64,000 bases of DNA. Source: Deltaproteobacteria bacterium. Lineage in GTDB: Bacteria; Desulfobacterota; Desulfobacteria; Desulfobacterales; SG8-13. The notes under the pieces were generated by a model. It saw nothing but the letters and a program-made list of their open reading frames with translations, was not told the DNA's origin and did no database searches. A program made the position numbers and the translations under genes. Below, piece after piece: positions 59,893 to 64,000 of this stretch (position 1 is its first letter; the number at the start of each line of letters is the position of its first letter). The stretch spans positions 17,049-81,048 of the forward strand of contig JBFYWB010000084.1 in NCBI GenBank assembly GCA_041299015.1. Reading direction: 5' to 3'.

Positions 59893-60110
59893 GGGTTGTC
59901 TCTTCCTCTTTTTCCTGGCGAACCCCGGCGGGGGGGGTTATGTTTTTCAGTATCGTTTTCGACGAGCGAATCTGCGCACTGTTTCTGTTGTCAAATATGC
60001 TATTTCGGGTATATTTGCAATGGTCGTGAGGAAAAGCGTGTTGACCGGCACACAGGAACCGATCGGAGTCCCGTGCCGAGTTTCTTCGAAACACAGGCAA
60101 AATCGGACAG

Positions 60111-60551
60111 ATGAACATTTTCACTTACGGATCACTCATGTTCGAACGGGTGTGGACGGCTGTGGTAACCAGCAGATACCGCAAGACCACTGCCCGGCTT
60201 TGCGGCTATCAGCGCCGGAAGATCAGGGGGCAAGCCTACCCGGCGCTTATTCCCGGAGCTGCGGCCGATCAGATCGACGGCGTGGTTTATCAAAACGTCG
60301 GGGGGCACGACGTCTTGCGGCTTGACCGTTTTGAAGGCGCCTGCTACATGAAAAAGAAAGAAATCTGCCTTCTTCCGGACGGCGGCCGAATTCCGGCCTG
60401 GGCCTACGTTTTCAGAGAAAAATTTGCCGACCTCGTAGAAGCGCAGGCCTGGGATCCGGTGTGGTTTGAAAATCACGGTATTGATGTTTTCATGCGGGAC
60501 TACCAGGGATATCGCCGGATCGACGCAGCCGCAGACATGCTGGACGCCTGA
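60111..60551 (+). CDS. Gamma-glutamylcyclotransferase (AIG2-like) family protein
   Basis: IFTYGSLM, YPAL, LDRFEG..Y. Confidence 0.87.
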   Translation: MNIFTYGSLMFERVWTAVVTSRYRKTTARLCGYQRRKIRGQAYPALIPGAAADQIDGVVYQNVGGHDVLRLDRFEGACYMKKKEICLLPDGGRIPAWAYVFREKFADLVEAQAWDPVWFENHGIDVFMRDYQGYRRIDAAADMLDA

Positions 60552-60736
60552 ATTCGACCACCGTTTGCTGCCGCACGCAAAACGGCAGCCGGCTCTCACC
60601 GGGAGCTACAGCACGGGGGCCGGCGCTGAAAAAAACGGACGTGCTGACAAATGCCGCTGGTTCGAAAAGGCGCTTTTTGATCGATGATGAACCGGCGATT
60701 TTTTAAGGAAATGCCTGAAGGAGGAGCGCAACACCG

Positions 60737-61303
60737 ATGAAAAAATCCCTGGGTGCCAAAGCACTGGTGTTTCCCACACCGGTATGGATCGTGGGAACCT
60801 ACGACAAAGACGGTCGGCCCAACGGCATGACGGCCGCTTGGGGCGGAATCTGTTGCTCCAAGCCCCCTTGTGTTTACGTGGCGCTCCAGAAGACGCGCTA
60901 CAGCTTCGCCGGAATCGTCGCGCGCCAGGCGTACACATTGAACGTCCCTTCGGAGACACACGCCCGCGAGGCCGATTACTTCGGAATGGTCAGCGGTCGA
61001 ACGACCGACAAATTCGCCGCTACGGGCCTGACCGCCGTCAGGAGCGAGCTGGTGGACGCTCCTTACATCGCCGAATTTCCGCTGGTCCTGGAATGCAAAC
61101 TCATTCAGACCGTGGAAATCGGTCTCCACACCCAATTTATCGGCGAAATCATGGACGTCAAAGCCGAAGATGCGGTTATCGCCGACAACGGCCTGCCGGA
61201 TATCGAAAAAGTGGCGCCGATTATTTTCGGCCCGGAGATCCGCACTTACCACGGCATCGGTCGCTATCTGGGCCGGGCGTTCGAAATCGGTAAAAAAATC
61301 TGA
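60737..61303 (+). CDS. Flavoredoxin / flavin reductase family protein
   Basis: MKKSLGAK..VFPTPVWIVGTYD, NGMTAAWGGICCSKPP, GLHTQFIGEI. Confidence 0.9.
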   Translation: MKKSLGAKALVFPTPVWIVGTYDKDGRPNGMTAAWGGICCSKPPCVYVALQKTRYSFAGIVARQAYTLNVPSETHAREADYFGMVSGRTTDKFAATGLTAVRSELVDAPYIAEFPLVLECKLIQTVEIGLHTQFIGEIMDVKAEDAVIADNGLPDIEKVAPIIFGPEIRTYHGIGRYLGRAFEIGKKI

Positions 61304-61326
61304 CGCGAGGTCCACGGGAGGTTTCT

Positions 61327-62694
61327 TTGGATTTCACCCCGCTCTTTCACCCTAAAACCATCGCCGTCTTCGGCGTGTCGCTGACCAATGACCGCCACCC
61401 GGCCAATGTCATCTACAATAAGATTCATCTGCGCTACCCCGTGAAAGTCTACCCGGTCAATCCCCGCGGCGGGCAACTCCAGAAAGACCGGGTTTACGTC
61501 GACGTCGGCGACATCCCGGCCCGGATCGACCTCGCGGTGGTGGCGGCCCGTGCCGAATTCGTGCCGGACATTATCGATCGTTGCATCGAGAACGGTGTCG
61601 GCGGGGCGGTGATCATTTCGGGCGGATTTGCCGAAAGCGGTCGCGCAGATTTGCAGGAGCGGCTGGTCGCTTCGGCGCGGGCAGCCGACTTTCCCTTCAT
61701 CGGGCCCAACTGCCTGGGGATCTACGCCCCGACCCGCTTCGATACGTTCTTCCTGCCCGGAGAGCGCCTGGTGCGTCCCGAACCCGGATCGGTTGCCATC
61801 GTCAGCCAGAGCGGCGGGGTGCTGGTGGATCAGATGGTTAAGTTCGCCGAGCAGGGAGTGGGTTTGTCTTTGGCGGTGAGCATCGGCAACAAGGCCCTTG
61901 TCCGCGAGTTGGACATGTTGGACTACCTGTCCAAAGATCCCGCGACCCGTGTCATCGCCTTTTATATCGAGGGTTTCGAGAAGAACGAGGGTCGCCGTTT
62001 CGTCCAGGCCGCCACAAGCGTCCCCAAACCGATCATCGTGCTCAAGTCCGGTAAAAGCGCCGCCGGCCAGCGGGCCGCTTCCAGCCACACCGCCGCCCTG
62101 GCCGGCAATCACAAGGTCTTTGCCGCCGTCCTGGCCCAGCACGGGATCGTGGAGGCCGACAATGAGTTCGAGATGGTGTCTTTCTGCGAGGCGCTCAGCT
62201 GTTACAATCGGAAGGTCCAGGGCCGGGTCGGCATCATCACCGTCAGCGGCGGGCACGGTGTCCTGGCCACCGATATCTGCGCCGCCAGGGGCTTGGCGGT
62301 TCCGTCGCTTTCCGAGGCGGTTCGGCAGGAGATAAGGGCAAACCTGTCCGCGAGCGTTCAGGGGATCGCCTCCCTTGAAAACCCCGTCGATTTGACCGGC
62401 AGTGCCCGGGATGACGATTTCGTGGCTGCCGCCAATGGGCTGAACCGGGCGGCGGAGGTCGACTGCGTGATCTTGCTTTTACTGCCGTACTCGCCCGGAA
62501 TCAGCTCCGATCTTGGGGCGCGGCTGAGCTATGCGTTCCGGCGCGAGAACAAACCGCTCGTGGCCTATGTTCCCCACCAGGAGAAATACCGCATGCTGAT
62601 CGAAGGCTTCGAGCTGAACAACGTTCCGGTCTCCTCTTCCATCGATGGGGCGGTGCTGATGGTCGAGGCCCTGCGGAGGTGCCGAACATGCTGA
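61327..62694 (+). CDS. ADP-forming acyl/acetate-CoA ligase alpha subunit (CoA-binding)
   Basis: YPVNP, IGPNCLG, SQSGG, SIGNK, SSHTAALAG (phospho-His), NPVDLTG. Confidence 0.9.
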   Translation: MDFTPLFHPKTIAVFGVSLTNDRHPANVIYNKIHLRYPVKVYPVNPRGGQLQKDRVYVDVGDIPARIDLAVVAARAEFVPDIIDRCIENGVGGAVIISGGFAESGRADLQERLVASARAADFPFIGPNCLGIYAPTRFDTFFLPGERLVRPEPGSVAIVSQSGGVLVDQMVKFAEQGVGLSLAVSIGNKALVRELDMLDYLSKDPATRVIAFYIEGFEKNEGRRFVQAATSVPKPIIVLKSGKSAAGQRAASSHTAALAGNHKVFAAVLAQHGIVEADNEFEMVSFCEALSCYNRKVQGRVGIITVSGGHGVLATDICAARGLAVPSLSEAVRQEIRANLSASVQGIASLENPVDLTGSARDDDFVAAANGLNRAAEVDCVILLLLPYSPGISSDLGARLSYAFRRENKPLVAYVPHQEKYRMLIEGFELNNVPVSSSIDGAVLMVEALRRCRTC

Positions 62695-63374
62695 GTCAAG
62701 ACATGCAGGGGATCATCGGCCGTGCGAAAAAATACGGCTGGGTCTTGGAACCGGAGGCCAAACGGCTTCTGTCGCTGGCCGGTATTGCCGTACCCGATTT
62801 CCGCTGGGTGACCACCCTGCCCGAGGCCCTTGAAGCGGCCGACAGGATCGGCTACCCGGTTGTGGCCAAGGTCGTTTCTCCGGCCATCGTGCACAAATCC
62901 GAGAGCAACGGGGTCGCGGTGGGCATCAAAGATGCGGAGGGATTAACGGATGCGTTTAACAGGTTCAGCCGCTTGAAGGGATTTGCCGGAGTCTTGATCG
63001 AGACCCTGGTACTCGGGTTCGAGCTGATCATCGGCGCCAAAATCGACTATCAGTTCGGTCCGGTCATATTGCTGGGCATCGGCGGCACGGGGGTGGAGAT
63101 CTACCAGGACGTCGTCTTCAGAATGGCGCCGCTCTCGCACGGTGATGTTCCTGCTATGGTGGAAAACCTCACAGGGGCTAAACTTCTCAAGGGGTATCGG
63201 GGTGCGGAACCTGTCGATATGGCGGCCTTGATGCGCCTGATGAACAATTTCTCAGCCCTGGTCATGGACCTTGGCGACGTCATCGATAGCATCGATCTTA
63301 ACCCTGTCAAGTGCACCAGCACGACATGTGCCGTGGCCGACGCCCGCGTCATGCTTGCCCGCGAGGGGGCCTGA
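62688..63374 (+). CDS. ADP-forming acyl/acetate-CoA ligase beta subunit (ATP-grasp)
   Basis: GYPVVAKVVS..IVHKSE..GV, ELIIG, FGPVI.LG.GG, DLNPV. Confidence 0.9.
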   Translation: MLSQDMQGIIGRAKKYGWVLEPEAKRLLSLAGIAVPDFRWVTTLPEALEAADRIGYPVVAKVVSPAIVHKSESNGVAVGIKDAEGLTDAFNRFSRLKGFAGVLIETLVLGFELIIGAKIDYQFGPVILLGIGGTGVEIYQDVVFRMAPLSHGDVPAMVENLTGAKLLKGYRGAEPVDMAALMRLMNNFSALVMDLGDVIDSIDLNPVKCTSTTCAVADARVMLAREGA

Positions 63375-63464
63375 AACCGGGTGCGATAAGGGTTATGGGG
63401 TTTGGCCGGCGCTATCCGCCGATATGGTGAGGCCGATCGGGTCTGCCTCGATTGCGATTGCGCG

Positions 63465-63935
63465 TCACGCGTTTTCGATGGCGCTCAGGTCGGGCGGCAA
63501 CCTAAATCTTGCCGGCCCAGGCAGCCCAAAGGCACAAGCATCCCTGCCGCCTTTTCCTTCGTACTGATGTGAAATGACGGCCAGCATGCTTTCCATTTCG
63601 AGTGAATTTCTGGACAGGCCGCCGACGCCTCTGAGCAACAAGCGCCACTTCACGCCGCTGTCGCGGAGATTTTTCTTCAGGAACTTAATGGCATTCCGAT
63701 TTTGACCCTTTAAATTTTGCATTAATTCCCGCCCATTTGCTTCGTTTAAGTCATAAGCGCTGATGATTATATCGAAATCCATGAGATTAACCAACGCCAA
63801 GGCGTCTTTGACCGAATTCACGGCAAACAGATCGCAATCGGTTTCTGCGATTCGGGAATGAATGTCATCCCAGATGGACTCTTCGGTATGGATTAAAAGA
63901 ATTCGATATCCTTCAAACTTGTAGGCTATGTTCAC
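63465..63935 (-). CDS. Degenerate (pseudo) response-regulator receiver protein
   Basis: RILLI...S..DAL.L....FDIIISAY.L...NG.EL...LK receiver pattern without the acidic residues; GGAG RBS before GTG 63935. Confidence 0.6.
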   Translation of the reverse strand: MNIAYKFEGYRILLIHTEESIWDDIHSRIAETDCDLFAVNSVKDALALVNLMDFDIIISAYDLNEANGRELMQNLKGQNRNAIKFLKKNLRDSGVKWRLLLRGVGGLSRNSLEMESMLAVISHQYEGKGGRDACAFGLPGPARFRLPPDLSAIENA

Positions 63936-63952
63936 ACCCACTCCATTATACA

Positions 63953-63984
63953 TTGTACTATAATTGTATTGTATTTGTATTGTA
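63953..63984. repeat. Five TTGTA pentamers upstream of the pseudo-receiver gene
   Basis: TTGTA at 63953, 63964, 63969, 63975 and 63980, next to a minus-strand TATAAT (63946-63951). Confidence 0.6.
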
Positions 63985-64000
63985 AACGAAATACGACATA

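Overview
GC-rich bacterial chromosome segment (roughly 60% GC by eye) whose gene content suggests a Desulfobacterales-like deltaproteobacterium (inference). No database search was possible: all calls rest on recognised motifs, RBS and stop positions, and gene order. Left to right: a 5'-truncated pyruvate/2-oxoacid dehydrogenase operon (pdhABC-lpdA); a small foreign-looking patch (RAYT transposase relic plus Asp/Glu racemase); a tiny CxxC protein, tandem USP, SOD and an NTP-transferase; a Mo-nitrogenase cluster nifA-nifH-nifI1-nifI2-nifDKENB-fdx ending in what looks like an internally deleted, frameshifted nifV; a LOG-family protein; a DUF4185/5005-like lipoprotein; dppABCDF plus an M20 peptidase; ankyrin, PilZ, class IV aminotransferase, AsmA, a basic wHTH protein, MlaC, class V aminotransferase, HD protein and PpiA; a DHH-like/CPBP fusion; a YbhGFSR-type ABC exporter; an ECF sigma/anti-sigma module; msrAB, cupin, a GNAT relic and a flavin reductase; then a minus-strand run rsmG-trmH fusion > divergent RelA/SpoT-like synthetase > 3xPAS-GGDEF with a Hypr-type Ser; and finally rluA-like, ettA, GGCT, flavoredoxin, ADP-forming acyl-CoA synthetase alpha/beta and a pseudo-receiver. 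Top leads: (1) the nifV relic, (2) the stand-alone divergent RSH synthetase, (3) the adjacent Hypr-like (possible 3',3'-cGAMP) GGDEF and their linkage to an rRNA methyltransferase fusion, (4) the permuted DHH-like/degenerate CPBP fusion. No tRNA, rRNA, CRISPR array or intact mobile element was seen.
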